From NCBI GenBank assembly GCA_023213395.1, contig CM041465.1:132005741-132069740 (forward strand): a stretch of DNA of 64,000 nt. Reading direction: 5' to 3'. The stretch's first letter is position 1. Every line of letters begins with the position of its first letter. Shown here piece by piece: positions 41,051 to 54,699 of the stretch. The stretch comes from Cycas panzhihuaensis. Lineage: Eukaryota; Plantae; Cycadophyta. The notes beneath the pieces were generated by a model. It searched no databases and had not been told where the DNA came from. It saw nothing but the letters and a program-made list of their open reading frames with translations. The position numbers and the translations under genes are program-made.

Positions 41051-44000
41051 TGTTGAGAGGTAATGTTTTATCATTAACCAAGTAATTAATGTATGTAATG
41101 ATGACATGTGTCATATTGTTAGGGGTTGGTTACACATCAAGTTATAACGGTTACCAACCCAATCATGTATTTTAAAAACTCATTCTCTCAATAAAGATGT
41201 TGAGTTCTCTTATCAGCCTTCTGTCTCCTGATTGAACTTCAACATGGTATCATAGTAGGTTAAGGGGTAATTGCTTGATTGAAAAGAAGAAGATCTGATT
41301 CTTGAAGATAAATCAAGGGTCAAAGAAGGGAGACAAGTCTAGAAGGCCTTCCAACATAGGAGAGAAGCAATTAATGACTGTGTACGGAACTATATGGAAC
41401 CGTACGGACAACATTTTTTTAAAGTCATTAGATCGAGACGAAATTTGGTGAGCAGATAGATCAAGGGACGGCCGTCACTTTTCTCTTCTACATCGAGGAC
41501 ATTTGAAGTCGTTTCGGGGGTCAAATCGACCAATAACCAGTCCGCGTGGGATTGCAGGAGGAAGCTTCAAAATCTTCTGAAATCAGGCCTGAATCTGGGT
41601 AACTTTGGATCAAAAATCTCTGAATATTTATTATTAAATGATTCAATCCATTTTCATTTGAATTTGTTGAGTATTTTGATAGTTTTTTGCAAAAACAATT
41701 CAAAACCCTAGTAAATGCAATCGAGGTCGATTTGATAGCTTGAGAAATAATCTTGCAAAATTGATTTCAGATCTAGATAGACGATAGAAAAATCTATTTT
41801 TTGAGGTATAACCTGCCCTAATCCGTACACCTAGGGTTTTGTACGGAAATTTGTACAATTGTACGGTCAGACCAGTCTCGTTTCCTCTCTCTTGATTTAT
41901 GATGGCTGCTCCTCTGTTTGGACTCTCAGAACAAGATAAACTTATTGAGAGTAACTATCATATTTGGAAAATTAAGATTGAAACCCTGCTTAGGGTTCGA
42001 AATGCTTGGAATATTGCTCTTGGGATTGAAACCAAGCCAGACGATGCTAGTGCAACCCTACCCAGTTGGTTAGAAAGAGATAATGCAGGTGTTATCATTT
42101 CTCAAACTGTCAGTATCAGATTCTCTATTGGTATATGTTGAAAAATTGACTTCCACATCAATCATTTGGAAATGTTTTGAAAATTTGTTTGGTCAGAAAA
42201 ATAAAGCTCGGATATTCACTCTGAAGGAAGAATTGTATAAGTTGCACATGAGAGAGCATGAAACAGTAACCAAATTCATACACAAAGTCACTTCCCTCAG
42301 AAATGGATTGTTGAGTGCTGGAAAAATTCTGTTTGAATCAGAACTTGTTCAGATGGTAGCCAGTAAATTACCAAAGACCTTTGACGTAACTATCAATACC
42401 ATTACAAATAATAATCAAATTGATACAATGGCCCTTGATGAGTTGACTGGAATATTGCTTAGATAGGAACAAAGAAATAGGTGATACGAAACTCAGCAGA
42501 ACTGGAAGATGCTTTTGCTTCCAGATTAAATCTGGGACCACGAGGACAAAGTCAGACTCGTGGAAGAGGACGGACCCCAGATTCCAGGAATTTTGCTCAT
42601 GGACGATATTTGGACAACAGAGGACGTGGACGAAGTCGTGATTCCAAGGTATGTTTTAATTGTGGCAAATCTGGACACTTGGCCAGTACCTACAGAGCAT
42701 TTGATGTGTGTTATCATTGTGGATAGACATGATATTATCCATATCAATGTCCCTAGAGAAGAGCAGGCATTCAGAGAGGGAAAAGGCCAATGGGCAACTA
42801 CAACAAAGAACAAACTGAAGAAGATTAAGAAGAGACAACATTCATAGTTGCCTTGTCAGCAGGATTAAAGGAAACAGATACGTGGTTCATCGACTTTGGA
42901 GCTTCATGACGCATGACAAATCGTCAAGATTGGTTTGAAAGTTTGAAACCCTATGACATCAGCAAATCAGTAGAATTGGGTGATAAATATCCACCAGAAA
43001 TTAAGGGAGTGGGTACTATCTCTGTTTACGTATAGGGTAATGTAAAGAAAATTGGGAATGTTCTATGGGTTCCTGATCTCAAAATGAATCTTTTGTCTAT
43101 TTCGCAACTCAGGAAAAAGGGGTTAAGAATTGTGTTTGATGAAGAAGGCCTCTGTCTGATACTGGACATGAAAAATAATGAGGAAACCATTACCAAAGGC
43201 ATTAGGAGTAATGATCCGTACAAATTAGTTTCAGATCTTGTAATACCTTGTCCAAAAGCTTGTACTGTTGTGAATCTTGATAATAAAGTGTGGCATTTGA
43301 AGTATGGACATCTTCCAATAGAAACTTTAAGGAAAATGAAAAATATGATATGGTGCATGGATTACCTAACATTACTTCAGAAAATGTTGTATGTAAAGGA
43401 TGCCAATTTGGAAAAAATCACAGATTGCCCTTCAAAGAAAGTAAATGGAAATCACAAAATAAACTGGAACTAATTCACACAGATCTTTGCAGACCAATTA
43501 CACCAATTTCAATAAATAGTTGTAGGTACTTCTTAACCTTCATTGATGATTTCACCAGGAAAGTCTAGGCATATTTTTTACATAATAAATCAGAGGTCTT
43601 TGAAAATTTTAAAGAATTTAAGGCAGAAGTAGAACTTGAATTGGAATCTAAAATAAAGTGTATCAGATCAGATGGAGGAGGAGAATATATCTTCAGCGAG
43701 TTTTTGACCTACTTCAAAAGGAATGGAATTTAGAGACAAATCACCACTCCCTACACTTCATAGTCTAACGGAGTCGTTGAAAGGAAAAATAGAACTCTGA
43801 TGGAAATGGCTCGTAGCATGGTGCATGAAAAATAGGTTCCAAAGTCATATTGGGCGGAAGCCATGCATACAACCTGCTATCTTGTAAACAGAAGCCCAAC
43901 TAAAGTATTGGAAAATATCACACCGGAAGAAGCATGGACAGGTAAAAATCCTGATGTTAGCTCTTTCAAAGCATTTGGTAGCCAAGCATATGTGCACATA

Positions 44001-46181
44001 CCAGACAAAAACAAGTCAAAAATTGATGCAAAAAGCGTCAAATGCATTATGATAGGATATAGCAAAAATTCAAAGGCATATAAATGTATTGATCGAAAAA
44101 CAAACAAAATATATATTAGTAGAGATGTAGTTTTTGATGAAGGAAACTTGAATTCCCAATCTCAAATTAAAATAATTGAAGAAGATATGAAGAATTCAAG
44201 TAAAGAAATCTTCATAGAAGAAATCTTCATAGAAGAAATCTTAGACATCACCACTGAAGAAATCACGCCGTGCTCATCTCACGAAGACTCAGGCGAAGAA
44301 GGAAGCATAACACAAGAAGCAACATCATATTTGGAGCCCGCAAGAGCAAGAGAACACTCAAAAGATGAAAAGAAATTGCCCAAATGGTTCATTAAGACTA
44401 TTGAAGAAGGGGGAAATACATTTGATCACAGGACGAGAGGTCAAAAACCAAAAGGCTTGCTTAGCAGAGTTGAACCCCAATCATTTCAAGAGGCCCAAAG
44501 TCAATCACAATGGAAGGCAACAATGGATGCTGAAATGGATTTGATTAACAAGAATTGACATGGGAATTAGTAGAACTTCCTCCAAACAAATCTGTAGTTA
44601 ATTACAGATGGGTATATAAAATTAAAGAAGGCGCAAATGGAAAGGTTTAAAATTATAAGGCACATTTGGTGGCAAAAGGATATACTCAAACAGTTGGAAT
44701 TGATTTCAAAGAAACCTTCTCACCTGTGGCCAAGTTGAATACAGTAAGGACTGTGATAGCACTTGCAGCATTACACAACTAGAAAAATTTTCAACTAGAT
44801 GTGAAGAGTGCGTTCTTAAATGGTGATCTTGAAGAAGATGTATACATGGCACAACCCGAAGGTTATGTCAGGAAAGGACAAGAACAATTAGTGTGCAAAT
44901 TAAAAAAGGCCTTGTACGGACTGAAGCAAGCTCCTTGTGCATGGTACGCCAAATTAGATTAACATCTATGGAATAATGGTTTCCAGTGTTGTAGTTCAGA
45001 TTCTAGCCTGTACACAAAAAAAAGAGATGAACAAATCACTATAATTGTTGTTTATGTAGATGATATGATATTGACAGGAAATGATGACAAGACAATTATA
45101 GAAATAAAGGGACAATTAGAAAAGCAATTTGAAATGACAGACCTTGGTTTTCTTAGTTATTATTTGGCCTTGGAAGTAAATCAATAGAAGGAATACATTT
45201 CTATCTCACAAAGTAAATACATAAAAGATTTGTTGGAAAAATTCAGAATGATAGATTGCAATCCTTGTGCTACACCCATGGAGATCAATTGCAACTTGGT
45301 ACCTGATGAAAAAGAACAGACAGTTGATGTCACTCTATATAGACAATTGATTGGAAGTCTGATCTATCTCAGGGCTACCAGACTTGATATATCCTATTTT
45401 GTTGGATTACTTTCCAGATACATGCAAGAATCGACATTGGAAGGCAGCCTAGAGAATACTGAGATACTTGTGGGGCACAATAGAATTGAAATTAGTCTAT
45501 TCAAAAAAGGAATCAACAGAACTTATAGGATATTGTGATTCAGATTGGGCAGGTGATAAAGATCAAAGGAAGTCAACCAATGGATATTGTTTCTTTCTAG
45601 GATCAGCCGCAATTTCATGGTGTAGCAAAAAGCAACCCACTGTTGCACTCTCGTCAATTGAAGTAGAGTACAAAGCACCAGAATCGCAACTGTGAAGCAA
45701 GATGGCTCAGCGACTTCTGATCGATTTGATTCAACCCCAAGACAAAGCAACAACCATATACTATGATAATCAAAGTGCTATTAAGCTGACTAAAAATCCT
45801 ATCCTTCACGCCAGAACTAAGCACATAGAAATACATCATCACTTTATAAGAGAGAAGGTTCATAGTAAAGAAATTAAACTAGAATATTGTCCCACTGCAG
45901 ATCTGTTGACAAAATCTTTAGGAAAGGAAAAATTCCAGTTTTTGAGAGACAAGATAGGCTTGAAAGAGATAAAACATTAAGAGAGAGTGTTGAGAGGTAA
46001 TGTTTTATCATTAACCAAGTAATTAATGGATGTAATGATGACATGTGTCATATTGTTAGGGGTTGGTTACACGTCAAGTTATAATGGTTACCAACCCAAT
46101 CATGTATTTAAGAAACTCATTCTCTCAATAAAGATGTTGAGTTCTCTTATCAACCTTTTGTCTCCTGATTGAACTTCAATA
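41051..46181 (+). mobile_element. Full-length degenerate Ty1/copia element
   Basis: 194-bp LTRs 41051-41244 / 45988-46181 (about 8 differences by eye); TSD gtatt/gtatg; PBS 41245; PPT aagagagag; gag-pol 41899-45980 with stops and frameshifts. Confidence 0.95.
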
Positions 46182-46348
46182 GTATGGGTGCAAGCTGAAT
46201 GTCGGACCCTAGGGGATAATGATACACTTGAAGTAAGTGATCTGTTGAAGACAACAACTCGTTGCTTAAAGGAATGACCTATCCTCTTCAAATATTGTGC
46301 AGAAGAGGTGTCGAGTAAATGCATTGTTCAGATGCTTCATTAGTGCTT

Positions 46349-47240
46349 TGATGTGAGTACGTCAATAGAAGAGTAGGAGGAAGAAAGTCAATAGAAGAGT
46401 AGGAGGAAGAAAGCTATGAGAGGAAAAAATGCAAACTCCAAAGCGAGTATTCTATTAAATTCTTCAAGTATAAATACATGAGCGAGAGATCTGCATGATG
46501 GACACTTGTCGGCCATGCTTTGCATGCTCTACCTCACTGTTATTAAAGAATAAGTAAAGAATAATTTGTACATGAAAGAATAAGGAAAGAATAAAAGGAA
46601 TAAAGAATACTTTATAACTACTCATCATTTCCTCCTTGCTTAGAAGAAATTGCTCCTAATTTTTGCTGAAGATGGGGAAACTTGTGGAGGAAGTTTGCTT
46701 CGGAGATCCGCTTTGCTTTGGTGGGTTCAGTTCTTTTCCTACCAACGGGGTATGTGGGTTCAGTTCTTGCAGTGGCGGTTGGAAGTCTGGAATGGTATCT
46801 GATGGATGTGTAGGAAAAGGTTGAGCTTCTAATTGTGGGGGCTCGTACAATTTTAAATTGTTCACTTTTGCCACATTGTGAATGCTTAAGTGTGGAGGTA
46901 AGTCCAGTCTATAAGCATTGGGGCCCACTTGTTGGATGATGGTATAAGGACCAAACCTTATAGATTTGAGCTTGTGATGGTGTTTGAATCTTCACCTGTG
47001 GAGGTGAAGCCAAACTTTGTTCTCGATGTGCAAGCTTATAGGAACTTGATGCTAATCATGTATAGTCATGTAGTGGTCCTAAATTTTGTATAGTATTTGT
47101 TGGACTGATGTATGGAGATGTGAAAGATTCTCAATGAAGTCGGTGGCCTTTTGTTGTTCTTTGTGCTCGTGCTCGCTCGCTGGAGGAGGTAATGCTCCAG
47201 GAAGTTCATAAGGAGCTAGTGGTTGATAGCCATAGCAGCA
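46349..47240 (-). mobile_element. Gypsy 3' fragment (3' LTR 46349-46627, PPT, integrase C-terminus), related to the 14231 element
   Basis: ctcatca|tttcctccttgctta junction as at 14549-14570; GPNAYRLDLP ORF 46656-46928. Confidence 0.8.
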
Positions 47241-48529
47241 TGGCTATCAACCATGTTGTCAGAGCAGCATGTGAGGCTATTTGGCCTATACAGATTACTA
47301 TTTGGGAAGTTGAACAATTCACTTTTTAACAGGTTTTACAAGATGTTGAATGTTGTCGGTTGCAGGTGTTCGTGTAGATGTGTTCTCCTATAATGATTGT
47401 TTTCAAACACGGTCGTCTGAGTACTGTCCGGTAGACAAAACTAGTTTATTCTTCAAGGGGGAGCAACCATTAACAAGCTGCAGATGCCTGTTTGATTAAT
47501 TAGTGGTATAATTAATCATAGGTTGAAGATATTTGTTCAGTATGATTTGTTACATGTTTTCTATTCTACATGGAACTCTGTAATACTTATTGTATGAAGT
47601 TTTTTCTATTATCTTGCATGCATTTGTTAATCATTAACATGCAACATATGTTAAGTGTTTTTAGCTTGAATTTTATGCGCAATTTGTTGAGTAGGTTCTA
47701 CACTGTTTTAACAATGACATGTAGGGCTTAAACAGAGACATGTAGGCTAGATTGAAGGCATTCAAACAGATAGACAAATACCTTTTGCTTGGCAAATGAT
47801 ATGCAGGGTTAGAAAAGAACATGCAAACATACCCAAACCATGAATACACCTATATACAGACTGTGAGTAGAAACATTAAAGTCTACTAAAACCTAAAAGA
47901 TTGAGTATAACAAACCTCTGTTGAACATTGTATAAAATGTCAAATCGGCAGTAAAAAAAGGGCAATAGACCTCAATTAAAATCTCCGTTAAAGTGATTGA
48001 ACATTGAAGTTGAAGTGAATAAACACAAACAAAGCTCTGCTAATTATCTAAAGGATGATCAAATGACAAAATGATGAAAAGCAATGAAATCCTTTAAAAA
48101 ACTTGATGAATAATCTTTATAAAGGACAGTAAAGATTATTAAAAGAAGTATATTTTTGGAATACTCCAAGATACATATCATAAGCTTGTAAACTATATGA
48201 AAAAAAAAGAAATTTTTTTAATATTTGCATGGTCATGTGACCTACGTATGAAAATTGGAGACCTACAGTGATTTCGATTGCTTAAAACTCCATCAAACAA
48301 TCATTAAATCTTCATCAAACTCAGACGCCCATCTTAGAGGGACCCAGGCAACTCATTAGAACTTGAAGATAGAGAAAACACTAAGTTTTTGAAGCCACTC
48401 AACCACAAATAGGCATATGCCTAAATAAAGACGTAGAGGTGAAAATTTCTTGTTTTAAGTTGAATGATCCACCAAATAGGCAATAGATTAGTCACGGAGA
48501 GCATTCCTTGTTATATCACCTAAACAGAA

Positions 48530-51500
48530 ATTATGGCATGAAAGTATGGGTCATTTGAACAACTGTAGTCTCCAATTGACGTATAAATTGACAAAGGTGC
48601 ATGGTCTACCTTTGATTAACAATAAAAGTTGTTTATGTGAACCCTGTACTTTTGATAAGCAGCACAGAGAACCATTTCCAAAAAAGAAAGTGTGGAGAGC
48701 AAAGGAAAAATTAGGATTGGTACACTCTCATTTATGGACCAATCCCTAGTGTCTCGCTAAGTGGAGAGAGATATCACTTTCATTGGCAACTTTTTAGGAA
48801 AAATCTAGGTTTTTCCACTAAGGGAAAAATTGCAAGCTTTCACTTACTTCAAACAGTTTAGGGAACTAGCAGAAAATGAAAGTGGACACAAGATCAAGGT
48901 CTTGTGAACTGACAATGGTGGAGAGTACACTTCAAATGAATTCACCCAGTTCTGCAAGGATCATGGAATTCAGAGGGAATTTGCTACTGCCTATACACCT
49001 CAACAAAATGGAGTTGTTGAACAGATGAACAAAATTTTGGTTGAAAATGTCATGGGCCGCCATTACACCAAAAGCCTCGGGGTGATTTGGGAAGAGGACT
49101 TCCTTGTGATAATTAGCATCATGCGCTCCAACACTCCCCCATCACGAGGAGTCGGCTGTACCTACACGGCATGCATGTCCACCACGGCATTCTTCGGCGC
49201 CACCCCCAACACCTTCACGTATCTTCGGATGCGCTACCGCAGTACACAGGACCGATTTTGAACCTTGGTCACTCTGATACCACTTGTCAAGGGCCGCCGT
49301 TACACTAAAAGCCTTGGGGTGATTTGGGAAGAGGAATTCCTCGTGATAGTTAGCGTCACACGCTCCAACAGAAAAAGCCAAAGTGATGATGAAAGGCAAG
49401 GATGTAACATATTTCTTATCGGTAGAAGCTGTGAACACAACAACATACTTGACGAACAGAAGCACTACAAGGGTTGTGATGAACGTAACTCTTGAGGAAG
49501 CTTGGTCAGGTAGGAAACTGACTGTGATTCATCTGAAAATCTTTGGATGTAATGGGTACATGCATATTCCAAAGGAAAAACGATGAAAGTTGGACATCAA
49601 AAGCACCAAGTGCATCCTTGTTGGACACTTTGAGGAAAGCAAAGCGTATTGAGTATATGAATTGTCGACTTGAAAAGTTCATATAACTCGTGGTGTTATT
49701 CTTTAGGAAGATGAGACTCAAGAGGTTGGTTCAATTGAGGAACCACCTAAATCCAGTATTTCACGTGATATCATTCAACCTAGATATGAGTTATTTGATA
49801 TAGCTAATGAAGAAAAATCAGAATCTTTTCAATTTGTAGAAATTGAATATGAGAAGATGCCAAAGAAAGAACTAAAGCCAAAGCTAGAAAAAATGTCTAA
49901 TTTGACACCTTCATTTTCGAACAAGAAGCTTTTGAAATGGTACACAAAAACTATGGAGGACACGGAGAAATTGTTACTTGACTCTGAAGGAAAGCGGAAA
50001 TAAAAATGCAAACCTTTTGAACAGATACCCATGGATCTTCTATAATACTTGCCAATAGCAAACAAAGCAATGGAAGGCCATCGCTTTTGTAGAGCATCTA
50101 CAAAAGATGCACACACAAGTGCATGAGATACTTGCTAAATCTCATGGGAAATATAAGGCTATACAAGGCAAACATAGGGTCAATGACAAGTTACATTTGG
50201 GAGACAAGGTATGGATATATTTAGACAAGAAATGGTTCAAGAACCAAGGGCATCATAAATTCAAAGTTTCAAACTAATTAGGTTTGGGTCCTATCAGATA
50301 TTAGAGGTCATTGGACTAAATGCTTTTTGCATGGACCTATTGACTCATCTTGGGATACATAATATCATCAATGCCAATAATCTCAAGATATATGAGCCCC
50401 TTGTTAGATATTAATATTCTACTCATAATAGTAGGTTCTGTTCTCTTCAAGCTTGCCTCCTGAAGATCTTGCCTTTCCTCTTCAACAACTTCTAATTTGT
50501 TCTTTGCCTCTGATCCTAAGCCTAGAAGAAAAGGCCTCCTCTAGACCACCTTCTTCTTCATGCCTCTTGTTGCTTTGTTCTTGCTATAGAAGATGTCCAC
50601 ACAAAGAATCAAAAGATATATTCCCAGCTTGTCCACCTACAGTGAGAGTATTCACCAAATTGTCAAACGATTTGGGTTATTTGTTGAGAACAAGATGAAG
50701 CAATTCTATGTTAGGGATAGGTTCACTAGCGAAAGCTAAGTTTTCCTTTACTTCAATAATTTTGGTGATAAAGGATGACACAGACTCTCCTTCTTTTAGT
50801 TGTAGATGGTATAACCTTTCTCTTAATGCGACTATTCTAGCCTCATTTTTTTGATGATATACAGAAGCTAGAATGTTCCAAGCCTTAGATGTAGTGGACG
50901 CCTCACTTATGTGAGTTAGGAGTGAGTCAGATCCCAGTCTGTATTTAAGAAGCAAAGAAAACGGTTTGATTACCATAATAGTGGTTTATGTTGATGATCT
51001 AATTATTACAAGCAATGATCATGAAACCATGGGGTCAATAAGACAACAAATGAAAGACAGGGTTGAAATGATAGACATGGGTCCTCTTCATTACTACTTG
51101 GGTATTGAGATAAATCAAAGAAAATATGGCATATTTATTTCACAAACAAAATATGCCAGTGAGCTTCTCAAAAAATTTAATATGGAGGAATGCAATCCAT
51201 GCGCTACCCTTGTGGAGACAAGGTGCACTTTGACAACCGCTGAAGGAAATAAGGAAGTAAATGAAACTCACTATTGACAATTGGTCGAGAGTCTCATTTA
51301 CTTAACAACCACTAGACTTGACATTTCTTTTTCTGTTGGGATGGTCTCCGAGTTTATGAGTATACCCAAAATATCTTGCTAGTATGTAGCAAAATGCATT
51401 TTGAGATACATCAAAGGAACATTGAGCCTAGGACAAAATTATGCTAAGGCTAGCAATCATGGGTTGATTGGATATTGTAATTCGGACTGGGCAAGGGGAA

Positions 51501-52178
51501 CGACAGGAAAGGAAGTCAACTTCAGTATACTGTTATAATTTAGGGTTAGTTGTTATTTCATGGAGCAGTAAGAAGCGACCTATTGTAGCTTTGTCATCCA
51601 CTGAGGCAGAATACAAGGCTGCTGTAAGTGCAACATGTGAAGCAGTTTGGCTGAAACAACTAGTTAAAGACTTGAATCATGAGTATACAGATCCTATTCC
51701 CCTCTTATGTGATTATCAAAGTGTGATCAAGTTAACAAAAAATTCAGTTTTCCATGCCAAAATGAAGCACATAGAAGTTCACCATCACTTCAACCTGGAA
51801 AAAGTATAAAGCAAAGAGAGAGCTTCATTATTGCAGCAGTAAGAATCAGCTAGCCGACATCTTCACAAAGGCATTGGGAAAAGATAAATTCCAGTTCTTC
51901 AAGGATCAACTAGGTGTTAGAGACATAGGGTAAAACATTAATGGGGAGGTGTTAAATATTAATGTTTTACTCATAATGTAATGTACTTTTAGACATAACT
52001 AGTATAGTTTAACTAGGACCTCTAGAGTTATTTATTAAAAGTTGTGCATAGTGATGTCACTTGGCCTCTTTTTCTATTGGGCCTCTTCATGTACTTATGG
52101 TGTATGAATATGTGAGACTTCCTCACAATATGCAATGAGAAAAGATCTTCTGTTTCTGTCCATCTTATTAGTTTAACA
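48530..52178 (+). mobile_element. Scrambled copia remnant(s): INT 48530-50000, gypsy INT scrap about 50100-50410, inverted gag about 50430-50935, RT/RNaseH 50922-51930, 3' LTR 51950-52178
   Basis: PQQNGV, YVDD and ALSSTEAEY motifs; PPT ggggagg then TG..CA. Confidence 0.8.
49048..49370 (-). mobile_element. TRIM (323 bp, 86-bp LTRs) inserted in copia integrase
   Basis: LTRs 49048-49133 / 49285-49370; perfect TSD GAAAA; reverse PBS 49272-49282; reverse PPT ctccccc at 49134. Confidence 0.95.
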
Positions 52179-52199
52179 CCCCTATTGTTGGAGGATGAA

Positions 52200-52565
52200 G
52201 CAGACATTCTGCATCCAGAGGATGCCATTTTGGATTTCCAGCTCCTCTTATAGCTGATACATTTCTTGATACTGGGGTTCTTGTCACCGCCACAAACAGA
52301 CTGCTCCATACCTGGTAGGCGAGAAATGCACTTTGGCATCACATGCAAAATAGGTCCTCCAAGCCACATTGGACTGTGATTGCAGACAGTCTGCGTCCAG
52401 AGTATGCCATTTTGGATTTCCAAGATCCTCTTGTAGCTGATACATTTCTTGATATTAGGGTTCTTGTCACCTGCCACAAACAAACCACTGCAGACATGGT
52501 AGGTGAGAAATGGACTTTGCCATCACAAGCAAAATAGGTCTTCCAAGCCACATTGGACAGTGATT
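52200..52565. repeat. Two-copy tandem repeat of about 182 bp, origin unknown
   Basis: Copies start gcagacattctgc (52200) and gcagacagtctgc (52382). Confidence 0.9.
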
Positions 52566-53795
52566 TCCCACATTTGGAAAATCTCAAAATTGGGTACAAT
52601 TTCGTTTCGAACAAGGAGGAATTGATGAGCTTCACGTGACTCAGCTACAGTTGCAGTGTATGTGTTGCTCAGTCACAGCTGTAGAACATATGCTGCTCAC
52701 AGTCACATGCATCTCTGCTGTAGTTGCTGAATGTATGCTGGTTGCATACGACTTAGGTGCAGTTGCCATGCATATGCTGTTCAGTTGCAGTCATAGCATA
52801 GTCTACACATACTACTTGCCATCACCTGTGACTTGTGGTTGCAATTAGAAATGAATGGAAGTTGCAACAATGAGAAGCAATTACAGAACCAGTTGGTTTT
52901 TCGATTTGTCCAAGTTATATAACTGGTCTGCTTTTCAACTTCTTTAGCGTTGATCACTACCATTCTTTAACATAATTAAGAGATCATGTAAGGCATAGGC
53001 AAAATCATTGAAAATATTTTTAAGGAGAAGACTTGTTTGCTGAATACTCATATAAGATTCTTTTCATAGTATTATTTTTTCCCTTTGTGATTTTTAGCAA
53101 AACACTGCAAAGGTCCTCCATGGCTGTACCCTCTTTCTCGCTCTTTTGGCATTCTCCTCTTCTGTTGAGCCTATTCTTGAAGTCTTCTGCTTGATTACTC
53201 TATTCCTAGCAAATTTCAGACTCCTCCATAGAGGTTATATCACTTATGCAGAAGGTTGGAGTGAAGAAAATCTACATTGCAGTTTTAAAGATATGTTGGC
53301 TAGAGAATGCTAGATTTGGCAAGATGAGAGAGGTTAAACCAGTTCATCCCATATAGTTAGGCATGCAACTGTTAGAAATCTGAAGTTGCTGTGAAAGTTT
53401 GGTTCAACACTAAATAGTAAATGTTATAGACTCTTTTGGATTTGAGGTAACACAATCTAGAATCTCTGAAGACGGTGGGGAATATTATTCATTGCACAGC
53501 TGAAATATTTTGGCATTTGGTATTTTATTTTTAAACAAAAATGTGCTGCTGCAATCACTACACATAGGCCTCCCTTTGGAGAGTTCTAGTAAAACTTTTA
53601 CCTAAACATTTTTTTGTTGATGATGGATGCAATTAAAATGCTTTAAACTCAGAGATCACCAAAGTTTTCTGAAACATATCTGAATGTCATACATGTGTGC
53701 TAACCAACATTCCAATGCCAAAGGATTTAAGTTCTTACAGGTAAGCATATTTAATGCATTTTATTTAATTTAAGCAGAATCCTTGTATTCTGTAA

Positions 53796-53969
<174 letters not shown>

Positions 53970-54090
53970 TAATTTTCTGTACAAATGTTTTGAAATCCTT
54001 GTCTTTCTGTTTATTGGGTTGAATCATTCCCTCTAAGATCTGACTCTGCCTTTTTGCTGTTTTGGTTCATGTTGGTTGTTTTCACGATAG

Positions 54091-54098
54091 CACTGATG
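54091..54098 (+). CDS. RECQL3: RecQ3 8-nt micro-exon (A-L-M of SPLIALMENQV)
   Basis: gatAG|CACTGATG|GTAAGC; needed to restore frame and the conserved motif Ia sequence between exon 2 (phase 1) and exon 4 (phase 0). Confidence 0.92.
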
Positions 54099-54243
54099 GT
54101 AAGCAGCTTTTTCAATATATTCCAACATTGTTAAATTTTGTTGCCTTTGGATAGTTTTGATATCCTCTTCCTAGATAGTGTTGTTAAATTATTAGATTGG
54201 CTTTTTAGAGCATCTGGGATGTATTCATTGTTGGCTTTTGAAG

Positions 54244-54327
54244 GAAAATCAAGTCTCTGCTCTGAAGACACAAGGAATTCCTGCAGAGTATTTGTCTTCA
54301 ACACAAAGAGTAGCTACCAAAGATAAG
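54244..54327 (+). CDS. RECQL3: RecQ3 coding exon 4
   Basis: gaAG|GAA AAT CAA: ENQVSALKTQGIPAEYLSSTQRVATKDK; GT at 54328. Confidence 0.95.
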
Positions 54328-54410
54328 GTGAAATATTTTGCATTCAAGGAATCTAGCTTAATGGAATGACCTTTTTTTTCCATTATTCTGATGCTGACTT
54401 GAATTGCCAG

Positions 54411-54551
54411 ATTTATGAAGACATTGACTCTGGAAAGCCACTCCTAAGACTACTCTATGTGACACCAGAACTGATTGCAACTAGTGGATTTATGACAAAA
54501 TTAAAGAAGCTTCATTCTAGAGGGTTGTTGCATCTCATTGCCATAGATGAG
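54411..54551 (+). CDS. RECQL3: RecQ3 coding exon 5 (YVTPE, start of DEAH)
   Basis: ccAG|ATT TAT: [47 protein letters not shown]; GT at 54552. Confidence 0.96.
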
Positions 54552-54699
54552 GTGTGTACCATCATATGACTTTCATAACAAATTGATTTCAGCTCTGTTG
54601 TGGCATCCAGTTAAAGTCATTGAATTCATTCTTGCAAGAAATTCCTTATGCTTGTTATCATTCAGGCTTTGCATTTAATTTACATTCCTGTTTTTGAAG

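Noticed and set aside
40560-46330. Possible LINE ORF1 remnant split by the 41051 copia (DFDPIISV|VWVQ)
   Set aside because: Motif too short and degraded to call without a profile search
46361-46412. 26-bp exact tandem duplication
   Set aside because: Ordinary slippage inside an LTR
49048-49370. Cassandra (5S-containing) TRIM or hammerhead retrozyme
   Set aside because: Only a patchy gggtga..tgggaag..tcctcgtg resemblance to the 5S 3' end, on the antisense strand with no box A; no CUGAUGA/GAAA hammerhead core
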